DNA of 63,758 nt, filler included, from Hyphochytrium catenoides (taxonomy: Eukaryota > Protista > Hyphochytriomycota): assembly GCA_900088475.1 (NCBI GenBank). It is 11 parts of 11 records of this genome, joined end to end, with 100 filler letters (N's around TTAATTAATTAA, not from the genome) between each part and the next. Parts side by side here need not be neighbours in the genome. Positions count along the whole stretch, not along the records: positions 58,857 to 62,237 come from FLMG01001039.1; positions 62,338 to 63,758 come from FLMG01001354.1; 9 more parts are not named here. One strand, 5' to 3'. The notes beneath the pieces were generated by a model. That model was not told where the DNA came from. It made no database searches and saw only the letters and a program-made list of their open reading frames with translations. Both the position numbers and the translations under genes were made by a program. Within the stretch, counting starts at the first letter, position 1. Every line of letters begins with the position of its first letter. Shown here one piece after another: positions 61,060 through 63,758 of this stretch.

Positions 61060-62237
61060 CTATGAGCGGCCCTGCTCAGGCCTGAAGACGATCTCCGTTG
61101 TCCAAATAAATGGCTCCATTGTCTCTATACTAACTGCTGACCCCGTCACACGGTTTGAGCTGCTAACTAACGCCCCAAAAGCCATTGAAGAGCCTGTAAG
61201 GTCCCACTGAAGCCCTTTCGTTGTTACATTGGAGCAAGGGATCCCTATGTCATCAGTGCAAAGGAGACAGAACCATCAGACGCCTGTAAGGATCACGCAT
61301 GACCCGGAAAAGTACAGGCCAAGAAGTGATAGAGAGAGACGGACAGAGGCCGACGGTAGAGGATGTAGAGGCTTACCGAGAGGTATAAGGCCGCAGGTCC
61401 GGCCTTCCAGGTCAAAGTTCGGCACAACTTTGCTCTTCCCTGCTGGTATCAGGAAGGCTAAGGTCTCGTCAGAAAGGAGCAGAATACGATGGAACTTGGC
61501 GCTGGCATTCGGCAAGGGACGAGATGAAAGAGAAGTTTCATCAGACTTGTGATTTCCTTACTCTCTCACCATCTACTCTCTCAATTCAGTCTCTGCGGGG
61601 CGGCGTTCTTCTCTCTCTCTCTTTCTTTCGTCGGTCTCTCGTCCTCCATTAGCCTTTTCTCACCTATACTTGTACCCCCTGTTGCAGTCAATGAGCAACT
61701 CTTCTCCCTCTCTCTCTCCTTCTTCTCCCTGGCCCAGAGCTCCTCTCTTTCTCTTCCTCTCCTCCCTGGCCAAAGGCCCCCTCCATCTTCTCTTTTTCTC
61801 TCTCTCCCTTTCTCCCTCTCTTGGGTCTCTCCTCTTTCCCCTCATCTTCCATTAGCATGCAAAGGTCGTTTTTGAGGCTTACCTCCAGCGATAGAGCGCA
61901 TTGAAACTCTGCATCTCTTGGTCAAATCTGCCGCCAAAGGCCCCAAAGACCACGACTGTCAATCTTTCCTTCTCCTCTTTCTCTTCCTCCTGACACTCTA
62001 CAAGGAACTGCAAACATTTATCTAGATCATTGGTGTCCTGGTCGGGATCCGACAGGACTGGGACGCCCTTCTCCTCGTAGAAAGCCCGCACTTCAGGCAG
62101 GAGAGAGTCTAGGTCTCCCTTAATTGCAGAAGGAAGGCGCTCTCTCTCTCTTCTCTTCTCGCTGCTCTTACTTGTCCCGTTCTCTGCTTCTCCTCCATCT
62201 GAAGCTCTGCTTCTGGCGAAAAGGCGGTTGGCGCCTC
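61060..62237 (-). CDS. TPK1: Thiamine pyrophosphokinase, 5'-truncated
   Basis: Exons 62237-61883, 61501-61377 and 61244-61060. Motifs GANRL, IKGDLDS, DQDTNDLDKCL, GAFGGRFDQ, CGLIPL, VTTKGLQWDL and FGALVSSSN. Confidence 0.95.
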
Positions 62238-62337
62238 NNNNNNNNNNNNNNNNNNNNNNNNNNNNNNNNNNNNNNNNNNNNTTAATTAATTAANNNNNNN
62301 NNNNNNNNNNNNNNNNNNNNNNNNNNNNNNNNNNNNN
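62238..62337. other. Artificial scaffold spacer
   Basis: N44-TTAATTAATTAA-N44. Confidence 0.98.
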
Positions 62338-62920
62338 GGCGACGGCCAGTTTGAGAGAAAGGCTTGTGGACGGCCGTCCGGGACCGGGTTAGGAGAAGCC
62401 GCGTTGGGGATCGCCATGGTCGGTAGGGAGTTTGGATGGGTAAGGCCGTAAAGAGAGCGAGAGAGGCAAAGCGCAGAGTGAAGAAGGAGGGACAATCAAA
62501 CGGAGCGCGAAGAGAGGAGCAAGCAGTATGAAGGCAAAGAGAGACAGGATCAGCGCTTGCTATAGCTGTTGATTGAGAGGGAAGACACCGGGAGGAGCTA
62601 ATCTTCTGCGGAAGGTAGCGCGGAGAAAGAAGGATGCCGCATCGATCTAGAGAGATAATGACTAGAGAGAAGACGGAATAGAGGAACTAGTATCGATCAG
62701 TAGATGGCTAACAAGGAAGCGAGCGAGGGTTAATCTTCTTGATTAAAGATTTGGAGGATAGACTCGAAGACGGGGGCAGTGCGGATGTCTCGTCTCCTCC
62801 TTCCTCTTGCGGCAAATCTACTTTGCTTTTGAAGTCACAGAAGCAGCGCAGCTGCCGTAGAAACAGGTGATAATGACGAAAGTAGAGACCCCATCAACAG
62901 AGAAGGGAAAAATCGAAGAC

Positions 62921-62953
<33 letters not shown>

Positions 62954-63758
62954 AGAGAGAGAGAGAGTGAGAGGAAAACGCTAGCCCAAGCAGTAGGGCA
63001 GCGGGAAAGAAGAGGATGGTTAGGAAAGGATTCACCACGGGCGCCATGTGGCGACAGCAAGACCCTTCTTGCCCTTGCCTTACTATTTGCAGGACACCAC
63101 TTCTTCCTCGGTCACCCGTCCTTGTTATAAGACTAGGAGGAGCGCATGACGGAGAGAGCATGACGGAGAGAGAGAGAGAAACCAACCTAGTCATGGGCCA
63201 GAAGATGGGATAAGCGGCTTTCTTTAGGAGGGACAGACAACAGAAGAGGGAGACAGGAGCATTGGGAGAGGCCAGATGGGCGGTTTATGGGAAAGGGGAG
63301 AGAAATGAAAGAGAGAGAGGAGAGAGAGAGAGACAGAGAAACGAAGGGAGAGGAAACGGGAGAGACAGAGATAAGAGAGACACCATAGCGGTAAGGGCGG
63401 GAGGTGAGCGGCGTCATCAAGAGAGATGGAACGAGAGAGATGCAGAGAGCAAGAGGAGGAGCACAAGAAGAGAAAGAGGAGGAAACGGAAACGCAAGTCA
63501 CACCCGAGGGACATCTCGATGTCTGGTCTCTTCTCTTCTGCCCCGCCCCGTCATCCTCCTTCCTCTGACTGTATCACAGGAGCTATCACAGGTCCGTCTT
63601 GAGACCATAGGTTCACTCGCCTGACTCTAGAAAAACCGTCCTCTCCCGCTCTCCTCTGGTCTGGTCATGCTTTGGAGGCGCTTTCTTCCCTCTTCTTCTT
63701 TTCACTCTCCACTGTCTTTCTGCTCCCCTCTAACTTTTACAAGTAAAACCCCCCACTT

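Noticed and set aside
62338-63758. Possible minus-strand exons in the last scaffold
   Set aside because: Could not build a phase-consistent or recognisable product

Overview
Eukaryotic draft-assembly window, not one continuous locus. Eleven scaffolds are joined by artificial 100-nt spacers (N44-TTAATTAATTAA-N44). Genes have spliceosomal introns and use the standard code. A Crinkler (CRN)-type gene and a subtilisin with CBEL-like PAN/Apple domains point to an oomycete or close stramenopile relative (inference). Two sequence landscapes alternate: scaffolds saturated with (CT)n/(GA)n microsatellite in introns and even exons, and a compact, repeat-poor 20.8-kb scaffold with short introns. Recognisable genes, reconstructed by hand: a glutathionyl-hydroquinone reductase-type GST (partial), ELO elongase, MFS transporter, kinesin, organellar RF2, frameshifted CRN-HNH, Fic-domain protein, ankyrin-repeat protein, mitochondrial uL22, flavin monoamine oxidase, triple-domain NDP kinase, SmD3, Sfp-type PPTase, subtilisin-PAN, TatD, a HAD-like protein and thiamine pyrophosphokinase. 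Best leads: (1) a CRN-HNH gene next to a Fic protein whose autoinhibitory Glu appears lost, a possible effector/toxin island; (2) a putatively myristoylated three-domain NDK with a readable duplication and intron-loss history; (3) introns with a 5' GA tract and a complementary 3' CT tract. No database searches were run. I cannot show that any of these is a truly undescribed system.
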